Numbered from the whole stretch's first letter, positions 1 to 12,068 are shown. The stretch: DNA of 63,906 bases, filler included, from Sphacelaria rigidula (GCA_964200075.2; 11 parts of 11 records of this genome joined end to end with filler, not necessarily neighbours in it), one strand, 5' to 3'. Translations and numbers: made by a program. Notes: generated by a model from the letters alone, not told the origin.

Positions 1-330
1 CATTGCTCGTTGTGGAAAAAAATAATAGGGCGAGGACTCGAGTCATTGCTCGCTGTGGGAACAAACTAATAGGGCGAGCACTCGAGTCATTGCTCGTTGT
101 GGAAAAAAGTAATAGGGCGAGCACTCGAGTCATTGCTCGTTGCATAAAAAAAGTATGACTCGAGCGCACGAGTCACTGCTCGTTGTAAAAAAAAGTAATG
201 ACTCCAGCACACGAGCCATTGCTTGTTGTAAAAAAAAGCAATGACTGGAGCACACGAGTCATGCTCGTTGTATTTTCAAAAAACATCCACGAGGGCACTC
301 GTTTCGACGAGTAATGACTCGTCCGACGTG
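1..330. repeat. Degenerate ~40-bp tandem repeat (GAGTCATTGCTCGTTGT-A(n)-TAATGACTCGAGCAC), part of a dispersed element
   Basis: About 7 diverged units are visible. The reverse complement, including the flank GCACTCGTTTCGACGAGTAA, recurs at ~50620-50870 and ~51636-52160. Confidence 0.8.
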
Positions 331-563
331 TGAAAATGTCCTCAATATCTCCGCTTTCATCGTCGGCATCTGACGCACGGAGACGACTTCCAAAGTTCTG
401 TTCCGTTAAAACGATCGAGCCATGTTCCACGCCTCTCCGTGTAATTGATTCTAGAAACAAAAAGCAAAAAAGACACTACCGTAGTAAAACGGGCCAGCAC
501 AACGATCCCAACATCGAAAATGTTGCTCAGTTTAGTCCATGCGCCCCCTGACTGCAACATCCA

Positions 564-630
564 TGCTCCGTCTCGAAAGGGATGCGTGGTCAATGGTCAA
601 ACGACTAAGGCAAACAACAAATGAGTACGC
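564..630 (+). mobile_element. Short C-tailed element, family A, with ~15-bp target-site duplication
   Basis: TGCTCCGTCTCGAAAGGGATGCGTGGTCAATGGTCAAACGACTAAGGCAAACAACAAATGAGTACGC, flanked by CCCTGACTGCAACAT at 546-560 and 630-644. Confidence 0.75.
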
Positions 631-796
631 CCTGACTGCAACATTCCATTGGTCGGACAGCTCGTGAGCCACCTAAAATTACTACTGTCATCAAAGAGGA
701 CTCTCAGGCCCCTTGTCTAAGACGTACGTGACAGCGGGTCGGAGAAGCCAAAGCGCTACCTTTTCGTTACTCCCTGTGCTCGGTGTCTAGCGCTTT

Positions 797-1216
797 TTTG
801 TTGTTGTTGTTGTTGTCGCACTTTGAACCCTGCCCCTCCCCGGGATAAGTCCGTGGTCTTGAGGGATCGACCCCTCTCTCCCCCGGTAATACACGCCTTG
901 CATTTTGGTCTCGCGGATTGGGTCATGACTATTAGCACTCCCGCACCGCATCAGCTCACGTCAGACAAACTTGGTCGATTACTTTTTTTGCTCACGTTCT
1001 CACGCGGTCTCGCGGATTGGGTCATGACTATTAGCACTCCCGCACCGCATCAGCTCACGTCGGAAAAATTCGGTCGACTACTTTGTTTACTCACGTTCTC
1101 ACGCTTTCCACGGTGCAAATCATACATAACGAAGAAAAAATCCAGCGCATCGGGAATCGAACCCTCGTTCTCTCCACCCTGATGGCGACAGTCGGACCAT
1201 TACACCACCGGAGCGC
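797..1216 (-). mobile_element. tRNA-derived SINE, family 1, with (CAA)n tail
   Basis: Minus-strand head has A box TGGTGTAATGG and B box GGTTCGATTCCC. It has an internal ~100-bp duplication and a (TTG)n tail at ~798-816. Further copies at ~5305-5610 and 63819-63906. Confidence 0.8.
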
Positions 1217-1299
1217 GGGGCGCAAGATCAACACACTAATAATAAGTAATGTCTAGGTTGCTCATGATCGAAGCATCCTGTCTGGTCATATCGGCTGTT

Positions 1300-1862
1300 G
1301 ATTGTGTCCTTGTTCGGTGGCTCTGCGGTGCCCCCCGGTGTGTGTCTGTATCTGCTCTGCTCTCTTGAATTCTTTGGGCTTCACCACTTCTGCAGTCTCC
1401 TTCTCTGCTCTCCCTTCCCCCCATATTTTTCTCTCTAAATGCGTCATTTCCTACCGGTGTATGGCGGAGCAGTGTGGTACCTCGCTTCACTGTGTTTGTC
1501 CATGGGTGAGGGGGTCCATACCCCAAATAGTGCGGTCGTGGCAGATGAGCCGCGATCTTCTCTTTTCCCACCGCCTCCTGTTTTCTTCGACGGGGTATCA
1601 GTGTGGTTCTGCGCAAGGCCTTCTCCGCCGAAACCATGTGACAGGGACCGGCCATTCTTTTCTTTTCTCTTCATCTTTGTATACTTCCTTCCTCTGTCTT
1701 AGTCTACTCTGTTGCTCTGATCTACCCTCTTTTTTTTTTCTTCAGGGAGTGATTCAGTTTTGTGTTGTCTTACGTACGTCCATCATGTGACCACGGTTGG
1801 GTCCCTGGGGGGTCAGTTCCCTGGGGGGTCAGATAAAGTACGACAATCAATCAATCAATCGA
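1300..1862 (+). mobile_element. 3' end of a non-LTR retroelement with (CAAT)n tail
   Basis: Shares CCGGTGTATGGC(G/A)GAGCAGTGTGGTACCTC...TCATGTGACCACGGTTGG...GGGGGTCA with 17458-17815, and the 3' part with ~22960-23150 (minus). It ends in ACAATCAATCAATCAATC. Confidence 0.6.
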
Positions 1863-2045
1863 TCAAATCATGACCTGTCCGATGTGCGCAACATTCACTC
1901 GGCGATGGAAAGGCCGAGAATTATCACAAAGTTGAGGTCCTCACTTTCACGCCAACAATACGTGCCCTGTTCGACATCCGTCGGTGGGAGCGTCTCGGAA
2001 ACTGCCGACTCATATAGTGTACTCCTCGATATACTTCAAAACATT

Positions 2046-2250
2046 AGAGAGTTCCGGAAAACGCTTTTTTGTTATCTCTGAGTGCAGATATCTCAGGATC
2101 AGAACGTAGCGAAAAACATATTTCTCCCTCCGTCAGATATGGTATTACCCTGACTTTTTTTCTTCCGATGAGGTTTTTTATTTGATTCTGCGCTTTGATT
2201 CTGACATATGTGAACTCAGGAATAACAAAAAAACTAATTTCCCGAAACTT
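2046..2250. mobile_element. MITE with ~60-bp imperfect TIRs
   Basis: AGAGTTCCGGAAAACGCTTTTTTGTTATC...GAATAACAAAAAAACTAATTTCCCGAAACTT. Second copy at ~11862-12068. Confidence 0.7.
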
Positions 2251-3017
2251 CTTTGTCTTCACAAAAAGTATGAATGTGGTGATAAAAAAACAAAAAAATG
2301 TTACATATATTTCGGCTGGGTCACTCCGTCCCTTCGCCAGTACACCACCTCTGTTGCTATGGGAACCTGTGTGCTCACACGAAATGGATAGGAAGTGCTC
2401 ACCAGATGCCGGTTTTCATAAACATTTCCTTATGTTTCGGCACAGAACCCATGCATGGGGCATACTTTTGTAGTGATATAAATTATTCGCTCGAAGCGCG
2501 ATTATGCGTTCAACATCGGCACACGGTGGACATTGAGAACCCGTTTGAAGTCAGGCGAAGAACTAAAAGATGGGACATGTTCTGTTTCACTGTACTGCAG
2601 CACAGCACACGCTCACGTCCTCTCTCATGGGCTGAAGCTGTTATTGTTCTGTGGTGTATTTAGACCTTGCGAAGACGGTTTGGTCTCCGCTGAGATTGCC
2701 TGAGTTGCAGCATTATTGTGTTAATCTATCTGTCGAAAGTAGTATCAGTCGGGACGCAGTGGTGTCTATATATACCCTGTTTCTTGAAAACTTGGTGTGT
2801 TGACTGTTTCGTCTTGTGCTGAACTTAAACGAACAAGGCGCTGCCCAGACCCATCTCTGCGTGACACCAAGCATGGCTGGGTAAAGACACACAGCCACCG
2901 CCGGTATACGCCGCTCGACAGGCTGAGCCGATCACAGTTATCTGATCTGATCTGACCTGCGGTGATCCATAGTTAATCTACGTTATCCAGAGCCCTTTGT
3001 TCCGACATTCGGCGATG

Positions 3018-3073
<56 letters not shown>

Positions 3074-3336
3074 GCGTGTGTGTGTGTGTGTGTGTTTTGT
3101 GTGTCTTATCGTCCCATCTATTCTGGACGCCGGTCTACACCTTACGGTATATGTGGGCGCACCAGCCGGGGTCACACAAGAGGAAGGTCAACACATGATT
3201 TTTTTTTTCTTGTTTGTTTTCAATACCCCACCTTGCTTCTGTGGTGCTTGCCTTCATTTTTTATCGCAAGAGAGGTGCAGCAATCCCGTCACCATTTAGT
3301 CGAATTTTGAGTACCCACGACATAGTCGCTCTCCAC

Positions 3337-3338
<2 letters not shown>
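3018..3338 (-). mobile_element. tRNA-SINE family 2 long body with (CA)n tail
   Basis: (GT)n at ~3020-3094 followed by a body shared with 9062-9300 and 13735-13990. Confidence 0.75.
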
Positions 3339-3373
<35 letters not shown>

Positions 3374-3590
3374 ATTGCTGCTGGTGCTGGTGCTCCTGTT
3401 GTCTTTACATTAATAATCGTTCCGATATCTGCGCGGTACATAAGTACTGGGCATCTGATGCGGACGCCTTTCGTGGTCAATTGGCACTATGTGAGAAAAA
3501 ATCCCAGATCGCTCCGAGATTTGAGCCTACGACCTAGCCGTCAGAGGGTTTCGAGATTTCCAACTGAGCCACCGGGGCGGGGCGACCGGC
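3337..3590 (-). mobile_element. tRNA-SINE family 2 short variant with (CAA)n tail
   Basis: Head GCCGGTCGCCCC..GGTGGCTCAGTTGG with a B-box-like motif and a different body (CCGATATCTGCGCGGT...), also seen at ~50868-50970. (TTG)n tail. Confidence 0.7.
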
Positions 3591-5304
3591 TATTATACTC
3601 GATAAACGCAGTAATGCATCGACAGTGTGAAATATCAATGGTCAAACTGTGCGTGTTTGGCGCATATTTACGTCGGCAACGTCACTATATCTTGCCGTCC
3701 GGGTTAGGTTCGTCGCCGATCAGGTCATGTAGAAAAAAACGATCAGTTGATCAATCGGTCCTTGGATTTCAGGCCACTTTCGGCGCCCGACACGCACCAC
3801 TACAGCAGGGCCAAACGGACGGCAACGAGTTGCGGTCGAACGGGGAGTTTTGTGATCACATGGGCACTCCATTTTCAAAATCATCGCAAAATCTGTCTCA
3901 CTCGAAGCGTGCTTCATAAAAGTAACGTGATTCGAGCCTGAGGAGTGTGATGCGGTTTAAAAAGCACAAGTTCTCCCTGATCATAGTGGACATCATTTTC
4001 CCGTGCTTTGCACTTGCTACAAATAAAAAACTTCCTACTGCAGTGCTGCTACGATTCGTGAGCGAGTGGTGCCACGGAAGGGATTCACAATTATGGTGTG
4101 AGGTTCGAGTTTTTTATAGCCCTGTATCTCATCCAAAAACGACAAATGGAATACGCCGCGATTAATTAGCGTTCCACTGAGCAAGGGAATCCCGAATGAG
4201 TTAGAAAACGGGAACGTCCTCACCTATATTCTGGTGTAGTAGCTCCCAACTTTAGGATCCCCTGAATAAAAATAGATTTGAGCCCAAATGTGCGACCCCT
4301 ACCGGAGGATGACTTAAGCCTTAGATTCAGTTGGAGAATGACTCAAGCTTGAGATTAAATTGCCCTGCTCACTTCGAGGCTCACCTGAGCTCTAGCACCA
4401 GCCGGCATCTCTTCTTCCTGCTGCCAACGGTCCATGATTATCTGAGATCGATCGTTCCGCAGGCAGATAGACCATCATCCGAACATGAAAAACGAATAAA
4501 GGATGAACAAAAATATCGTCGTGAACAATGCATGTTCAGACAAAAATCAGTCTCCAAGATATTTCTGCGTCGCTGCATACATGGATCGGGATGCGAGGAT
4601 AGGTGGTAGGGCAATAGGTTTTCGGAACTCATGCTCGGCCAACACGGCAGCACGTGCCGGGCCACTCATGGCGAAAACAAAAACAAAGTGTTTGCAGGCG
4701 GTGTCAATGCAGCATAGCCTTGAAAATATCCGGTCAAAGTCTTCGTGTGTACGCATTTGGCGCGGAAACATCTATTATAGTGCAAGTGCACGATAATCAC
4801 GTGATGCCTAGCCATGTGAAGCCTAGGACTGCCTAGAGTTGTGTCTGAAGCAGGAACACTGAACAAGAGAAGATTACAACTCTTGTGTGCGTGATTCGCG
4901 GAGAGCTTCTGCGGGCTTCAGGCATGACGCTCACCATGTGCCATGTCAATAATGATTAATCATCTCCTGTAGTTGCTCGCCCACTGCCATTGTATGCAAT
5001 CGGCGGCTACCGGTACGTGTGAAGCGAAAACATCGGCCGTGTTTTGACCCGATGATGAGAGCGCGTCGCGAAATTCAAACAGTGGTCTTTATCGTTTTGT
5101 TCGATCGGGAAAATTGTTCAGTGAGACAAACCCTACGCTAGCCCGTGAAAACGGGGTCAACAGCTCCCCTGCTTTACATCTTTTGTGCTCTCTCTTGTCC
5201 GTCCCGAAGTTCATGGCATACCGATAGGTTCGATACCGCACGCGTGAATGAAAATCACCGGGCTTACTCCAGTCTAATGTGGAGTTTATTTATTATATGT
5301 GTAT

Positions 5305-5610
5305 TTGTCGCACTTTGAACCCCTCTCCTTCCTCGGGGCGAGTCCGTGGTCTCAGGGAACCAGCCCATCTCTCCCCCGGTACACGCCTTGCGTTATGGTC
5401 TCGCGGATTGGGTCATGACTATCAGCACTTCCACACCGCGTCAACTCACGTCAAACAAACTCAGTCGACTACTTTGTTTACCCACGTTCTCACGCTTTCC
5501 ACGGTGGAAATCAAATACTACGAAGAAAAACCGAACGTATAGGGAACCGAGCCCTCGTTCTCTCCACCCTAATGGCGATAGCCGGACCATTACACCACTG
5601 GGATGGGGCG
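5305..5610 (-). mobile_element. tRNA-derived SINE, family 1 copy
   Basis: Colinear with 815-1216, without the internal duplication. Confidence 0.75.
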
Positions 5611-5651
5611 GCTCCAAGGAGTTATCGGCGACATATGGATATTATTTGCGT

Positions 5652-5719
5652 GGGAGGGGGGGGGGGCGTATTCATTTGTTGCTTGCCTTAGTCGTTTGAC
5701 CATTAACCAAACATACCAT
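5652..5719 (-). mobile_element. C-tailed element family A, partial, at contig end
   Basis: G-run followed by CGTATTCATTTGTTGCTTGCCTTAGTCGTTTGACCATT. Confidence 0.7.
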
Positions 5720-5819
5720 NNNNNNNNNNNNNNNNNNNNNNNNNNNNNNNNNNNNNNNNNNNNTTAATTAATTAANNNNNNNNNNNNNNNNNNNNNNNNN
5801 NNNNNNNNNNNNNNNNNNN
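5720..5819. other. Artificial contig spacer, first of 10 (others start at 11539, 17358, 23177, 28996, 34815, 40634, 46453, 52271, 58089)
   Basis: 44 N + TTAATTAATTAA (stops in all frames) + 44 N, recurring every 5819 or 5818 bp. Confidence 0.97.
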
Positions 5820-7849
5820 GAGTTGCTTTATTCTGTGGTGTCGCCACTTCCAGGGACAGCCATATGTCTAACCGGTCTAACCTCTCCGCGAGGGAGGGGG
5901 GGGGGCAGGTAGTGTTCCACGGTACTTTCCGAGGGGTGGGGTTGTTGTTTCTCGAGGCAAACGCCTCTTTTCCCTGGAACAAGTGCCGTTGGAAAGCAGA
6001 CAAGAGCTCACCACGGGTGTCGTAGAAGCAGATTTGACGCCTTATGAAGTCTTCGTCATTTTTCCCCGCCGAGAGGCCAAAGAGGGGTTTTGAGGTGGGG
6101 AGGTGGGGGGGGCTCTGCATTTGTAGCAAGGTTGAGAACTATTCTCGTTCGCTGTGACTAGCGTCTCAACGCAGTTGCGGTCGTCGGCGTGAGCGTTTAC
6201 CCTGTCTTTACCGCTGGTGGGGTCGGTCATGCGGTGGTACGGAGTGCTGACACCGATGTCCACGACACACGCAAGGCAGAGGAAGGGGATCTGTTTCTTG
6301 GCGCCCTTTGGCACTGGCTTCGTTCCCTGGGACACAGAGACCTAGGTGGTGCACACGGAGCACCTGTTGATGTCGAACGAATCGGGAGGAGGACGAAGGG
6401 ACGGTTGCGGAAAGTGCAGCGAGGAAAGTACGGAAGGAAACATAGTTGAACCGTGAGCGAATGCGTGACCAACGGGTGTTGGAAGCGATGATGTCAAGTG
6501 GTTGGAAAAAGCAAGAAGTTGGATAATAGGTTGCTTTCGGTAATCACGTTACGAGCTGAGCTAGTCTGAAGCATTTTTGGGCAGTTGACCACTTTTGCAC
6601 GGCCCGGCCCGTCCAAGAGTCGACAGCTGAAATTTGAGGGGTACTCCTTGACTATCTTACCGTGGTGAAACCACCCGCATGTTAGTAATTGTGGTAGATT
6701 CTAGAACCAGATTTCGAGTATAGGACCGAGGCGAACAAGCAAGCACAGCATGTAAAAGTTAGTTGTATTGCGTAAACACAGAAAAGGTGGGAGGTCCTCT
6801 TCTAGCGAACCGTTCTCCATGTGTGTTGAATCGTGGGCTGAATTTGGATGGTGTCACCTCCCATGCGAAAGTACACCGAACATATACATGAATTGGGCTG
6901 GTAATTGGACCACTTGATACTGTCTATCTCCACCGTTGTAACTGGAGGTAAACCGGAAATGGCTACGAGAGCGCCAGTTGTCCAGTTTATCTGGGGGTTT
7001 GTCGTGCCCGGGTAGTTTTATGACAGTTTTTATTATGGTGAGTCTATAACAAAGAAACACTGTATATAGTTAGACTGTACGATTGAAGTCTTCACTGTAC
7101 AGTAATACAGGTACCACAAACTTCGTTGGTACCTTGTTGTTCTCAGTTTTACATATATCGACCATAGCGGGTAGGTCGACGGTTGGTCAGTCGAATGAGG
7201 AAAATGAAGAAATAGAGAAGAAGCGTGACTTATTTACGGTGGAACGCTTGATGCGGAAGTGCCGAACGCCAAACCCCAATTGCCAATTGCATGGTAAAGA
7301 ACGTTCTGAACATGATGCGGTACTTGCACACTACAGCTCGAAGTGATGCAGCAAATATATCCCTCTCGAAGAAACAATGATAAATAAATGGTAACCCGCG
7401 ATCACAAAATGCACAAGCATTCTTTTGTACGACAGGCGTGTTTTTCGGTCCGGACGTGGAGAATTTTGCGCCCTTGTCCCCGGGTACTGTCAGTCTTGGC
7501 TTACTTATTCCCATCCTCCGCTCCTCATGGAGAGTCTCTGCTGCTGCATACTACAGATGGAAGATTTTCGAATCGCTCACCACGTTGAATGACATTTTCA
7601 AGCAGTACAAGCCTCTTAGCTGGTCAATGTGAGTGATTACATTTTTTACAACTATTCACGATTTTTGGAGGGGGAGTACGTCAAACACGGTGATTCTTTT
7701 GCCTCGGGCGGCGCTCCCGCGAGGCCCCCCTCACCAGCCGGGGGAGGCGATTAACTGAAAAAAATCAATGTACTGACCACTAGCGTGGCCAGTTTGAACC
7801 TAACTGACCAGAGCTGCTGGTTCACGGCCCTCTGAACAATGCTACTTTT

Positions 7850-8410
7850 GTAGGGTTAGGGTATGTTCAGTAGGGTATGAGAGTATTTACAGAACTTACA
7901 GAGAACTAATGGGCTCCGGCATGGAATTCGCACAGGGGTTACAGAAGAACCTATCGGGTAGGTATAGGAGGCTTACAGAGAATCCAGAACTTGTCGAGCG
8001 AGGAATGAAAATTGTATAGAAAATCAAACCCGCACCCGGGTATTTTTTACAAAGGTATGCCCCAAGCCGGGTAGGGGTAAATCTTGTGTACAGAAAATAT
8101 AAAACTGTCGGGTAAGGGTATAGGGGGGGCACAACAGTCCCGGAACTATCGTGGGCCGGTATGAAAGCCTTACAGAAGTCACAGACCGCTCGAGTGGGAG
8201 TATGAAAGTGTTACTGAAGTCACAGACCTATCGAGTAGGGGGATGAAAGTCTTCCAGAGTTTACAGAAATATCGGGTAGGGCAATGAAAGTATTACAAAA
8301 GCTATAGAAATGTCGGGTACCGGTATGAAAGTCTTCCAGAAGTCACAGAACTGTCGGGAAGTGATCAAACTCGGCAAGATACCCCGGGTAAACAACAAAC
8401 CGTATCCTAT
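7850..8410. repeat. Degenerate ~40-bp tandem repeat block, probably the interior of a non-autonomous transposon
   Basis: Recurrent GTCGGGTA..GGTATGAAAGTCTTACAGAAGTCACAGAAC units, with more at ~8800-8925. Confidence 0.55.
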
Positions 8411-8946
8411 ACAACACAGGGTTGGACACCACCGCCATCAAATTCGATTACCTGCACCTTGCTACTTGATACCGCTGGTGGCGCAGATGAAGCGCCCCCA
8501 CTCGATCCACCACTCGTGTCTACAAATGATCCACCCCGACGGTCTGCACTGCTTTCCTTTTTTCGCTTTTCCACTCAACTGTACCCCGTAACCCGTCAGT
8601 GTACGAAAATCGAAAAACAGAAAATAAATGATGGGTGTATGGTTTTGAGTGAACGAGGGGGGTTTGATTGATGGGGGTTAGGGAACAAATAACGTAAGTT
8701 ATCATACTGCGTAGGGATTGAATCAATACTCACACCTCCCCCGGACATATACCTGGAATTTGCCTGCATCGGATATACACACAAGTCTAAGAGTAAACCC
8801 TGATCCCGGGTTGGGATTATGGGAGGCTTCGAGGCCTTACAGAATTGTCGACCAGGGGTGTGATGGACTTACAGAATTCACAAAACTGCCGGGTACCGCA
8901 ATGAAAACTTTACAGAGGTGACAGGATTCAAGAACACACAGCAGTA

Positions 8947-9575
8947 GCCGATCGCCCCAGTGGCTCAGACGGTAACCTCGAAACCTTTTGACGGTTGGGA
9001 TGTGGGTTCGAATCTCGGGACGATTGGGTTTCTGTCACACCATGCTCAAGAATGTGTTGCCATCTCATCTATTTCTGGACGCCAGTCTACACCTTCCGGT
9101 ATATGTGGGCACACTAGCCGGGATCACACAGGAAGAAGGTCAACACAGAAAATTTTCGCTTTTGTTTTGTTTCAGTCCTCCACCTTCTTTCTGCGGCGCT
9201 TGCCTTTATTTTTTATCGCGAGAGGAGTTCAGCAGTCCCTCTCCCTCGTCGACCATTGAGTCGAATTTTGTGTGCCGACGACATTGTCGCTCTCCACTGT
9301 TGGGCATTAGAAAAGCTCCCAGATCGTTCTGAGATTCGAGCCCACGACCTAACCGTCAGAAGAAGGTGTCGAGCTTACCAATTAAGCCACCGGGGCGACC
9401 GGCTAGAGTGGAGAGCGACTATTCGTGCGTACACGAAGTTCGACTTCACGGTCGACGAGGGGAGGGACCGCTGAACTCTTCTCTCCGTAAAAAAAAAGAC
9501 AAGCACCGCAAAAGGAGGGTGGAGTTCTCGAAAACAAAGATAAAAAACTCCTGTGTTAGCCTTCCTCTATGCGGT
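8947..9575. mobile_element. Cluster of three tRNA-SINE family 2 pieces (8947-9045 +, 9062-9403 -, 9407-9575 +)
   Basis: Heads GCCGATCGCCCCAGTGGCTCAG...GGTTCGAATCTC and its reverse complement. Body segments lie in both orientations. Confidence 0.75.
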
Positions 9576-10859
9576 AAAATTATATTTACCCATAGAGGGG
9601 GAAATGAGAATCCACCCACAACTTCTATCATGACCGATCCCGCGTCGTTTTTTATTCGGGAGCCCACTTTTCCTAAATTTCAGGCGTTAGACCAACTTGT
9701 ATGGCAGCCAACCCCGAATCTGACGGGAACCCAATATGTGCCAAATCGGGGGGACTCAGATTCGCGAAACTCAGATTCGTTTGTACGCCTGTATGTGTCA
9801 TAGTTTCACACATTTGTTGAAATTGCTCCGTACACGGAGGATCATTTTCTGCAGGGGCGTGGTGTCACAATGAAGCCGAAGAACAGGCAGGCAGTAAATC
9901 ATTTTTCAAGAGCAGCGTCGTACCGTGGTACCCTAGGGTCTAATTGCAGCGCAGTACACTCCACAATCACAGTACGCGGTAGTGCCGTGTGCTAATACAC
10001 GACGATACAGTCGGTATTGCGAGGACAGTGCGCACTGTGCGACAAGAGTTCACGAGTGCAGTGCTATTCATCGCCCTTCAAGTACAGCGACAGCAGAGGG
10101 TAGGATAGTACAGTAACGTCTACTACGATACACACAGACAGTAGCGCAGTGCAGCATGAAGTATTACCATCGCACCAGGGTACGGCGTCAACACTTCTCA
10201 TCCGCTTGTCAAACCCCGTGCGAAGCACCGTGCGAAGCGTCGCTTTGCAAGCACAGACAGTTCAGTAGTGTAAGGTTGCAAATACAGATTGTTCTCGCGA
10301 ACACAGCAGGCTCCTGTATACTTTGCAAATACACTACAGAAAGTACAACGATACAAGTGCACATACTCTGCACACAAAAAAGCTCGCATTCGGCAGCGGT
10401 GTTGTCGGCGATATCTGTAGGTCTACACCGTCTAACGGGAGGACTCACCTGAATCCTTTTGGGACTAAAAAATAAGTCTTCGAGCGACCTGCCCAATGAC
10501 GGTGAGGCAAAATTTATCGACCAGACCCGAACGACCAGCGCGGGGATTGTTGTCGAGTGTGATGCTACTACAAAGATCATGTGGGAACCCTATCCCAGGC
10601 CCCGATATGCCTTCCCAGGTTTTTAAGTGTAGGGTGGTCGCAGCTTGTTTTTATGGTATTACTTGCACTTAGTATAGCGTTCCCGAGTGTTTCCGGAGTG
10701 TTTTTTGGGTCCCAATTCTGTACTGAAACTTAGTACTTTATACTAACACAGGGTGGACCGGAAAGAATCGGGAAGGAGTGTACATGCTACAATGTGATCA
10801 TTTTCACGAGGCACTAAACCCAGGTGGGCCGTGGAAAGACAAAACGAGCTACGGTAATG

Positions 10860-11340
10860 GATTCTGCTTATCCCTATGCCGATGACTTGCAGTGTATAGT
10901 TAACATGTATGTAGTAGGCGGGGATGAAGAAGCGGTATATAGGCAGTTGATTTCGATGGCTGAGAATTACTCAGAACATGCAAGGGAGTATGCAACGGTA
11001 TCTGCTGCTGGAGTGGGGGAGGCGCACTGCGCTCTACTTATACTGTACTACACTGTATGTATGCGCACCGCAAGGCTGATATACCCTTCGAAGAGGATTT
11101 GCCGCATGCAACAAAGAGAGAAATGGCGGCCCACCCCGACCACAAAGGACTGTGTGGCAAGGAGATGGGGATAAATATACCATCCAAAGCCACAAGTGGA
11201 GGGCGGCCCGCCGGTCGCCGTATCCTGTTGGAAGTTCTCTACCGCGACCCATGCTGCTTGCTACATCAGATGTACTCTACCTAATGCACACCCTGCACCT
11301 GAAAATAGATTGGATGAAACTTTCGGCCTTCATCATAACC
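10860..11340 (+). pseudogene. Possible decayed IS630/Tc1-like transposase N-terminus
   Basis: PYADDLQCIVNMYVVG resembles the PYSxDLRxxxV start of the Tc1/IS630 HTH region. A similar PYSDELRWTV occurs at ~30010 (minus). Motif-level evidence only. Confidence 0.3.
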
Positions 11341-11351
11341 CTACGGTTACA

Positions 11352-11538
11352 TACAACAGCCGATCCTAATTTTGGGGGTTGAGACTGCTGCCGAGATAGC
11401 CCCCCCCCCCAAACCGGCCAACAACGTGCACGGACGTGATGATCATGACTGCCGTTAAAGCTGGTTTCGTGCTGCACGACGCGACTGATTTGGGCGTTAT
11501 ACTTGATTTCGGACTGCTACACGCCTCTCATGTGGGCG
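11352..11538 (+). repeat. Internally deleted copy of the unidentified coding repeat family X
   Basis: The terminus CAGCCGATCCTAATTTTGGGGGTT is joined directly to sequence encoding CTDVMIMTAVKAGFVLHDATDLGVILDFGLLHASHVG, homologous to 26548-26700 (minus). Confidence 0.7.
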
Positions 11539-11638
11539 NNNNNNNNNNNNNNNNNNNNNNNNNNNNNNNNNNNNNNNNNNNNTTAATTAATTAANNNNNN
11601 NNNNNNNNNNNNNNNNNNNNNNNNNNNNNNNNNNNNNN

Positions 11639-11840
11639 CCCCAGCTCCACTGGCCTCAAGGTCTCGGTTGTCAGCCTTTACAACACCTTATCATTATTTC
11701 GGAGTGAAACGCCTGCAGCCCTGCACCATCTGGCCTGGGCTACACAGCAAGGGTCATCATCCACAGGATGCCCTTGTTCCCCCCTGGTCATCATCCAGGA
11801 TCCACTTTATACTCAACCGTAACGGCGTGACTCCGCCACA
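11639..11840 (-). mobile_element. Partial LTR related to the gypsy LTR at 25279-25499
   Basis: Minus strand starts TGTGGCG and shares GCCGTTACG(G)TTGAGT and TGTTGTAAAGGCTGACAAC...TGAGGCCAG. Confidence 0.65.
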
Positions 11841-11861
11841 GATATCAACGTATTTCGATAC

Positions 11862-12068
11862 TGGAGAGTTTCGGAAAACGTTTTTTTTTTGTCATTTCAG
11901 AGTGCAATTATCTCAGGATCAGAGTGTAACGAAAAAAATATGTTTCCCTCCGGCGAACGTGGTATCCCCTTCATGTTTTTTTATGAAGCATTTTTTTTTT
12001 TATCTGCACTCTGATCCCGAGATATTTGCACTCTGAAATAATAAAAAAAACGTTTTCCGAAATTTTTT
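11862..12068. mobile_element. MITE inserted at a TA in the LINE RT
   Basis: TIRs TTTCGGAAAACGTTTTTTT..TTTCAGAGTGCA / TGCACTCTGAAATAATAAAAAAAACGTTTTCCGAAA. Removing it rejoins RT codons MMLEREI-SKYVDI. Confidence 0.75.

Noticed and set aside
1..330. CRISPR-like array of partly palindromic repeats
   Set aside because: The units are contiguous and degenerate with no unique spacers, there are no cas genes, and the context is eukaryotic.
1140..1216. Functional tRNA genes (also at 8947, 49270, 63819 and others)
   Set aside because: A and B boxes are present but the cloverleaf stems are broken, and the heads run into shared SINE bodies.
2997..3537. Cys/Val-, Cys- and Thr-rich ORFs
   Set aside because: They are translations of (GT)n and (TTG)n SINE tails. 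The poly-Pro, poly-Gly, poly-Ile and poly-Tyr ORFs elsewhere likewise come from simple repeats.
5764..5775. Periodic TTAATTAATTAA motif and ORFs ending in LIN
   Set aside because: Synthetic spacer inside the N runs.
6858..7044. Possible minus-strand host exon (also a possible plus-strand exon at ~28731-28879)
   Set aside because: Splice-like signals and an open frame exist, but there is no recognisable protein similarity or partner exon.
10875..10886. YADD reverse-transcriptase motif
   Set aside because: No surrounding RT subdomains. The context PYADDLQ fits a Tc1/IS630-type N-terminus better.
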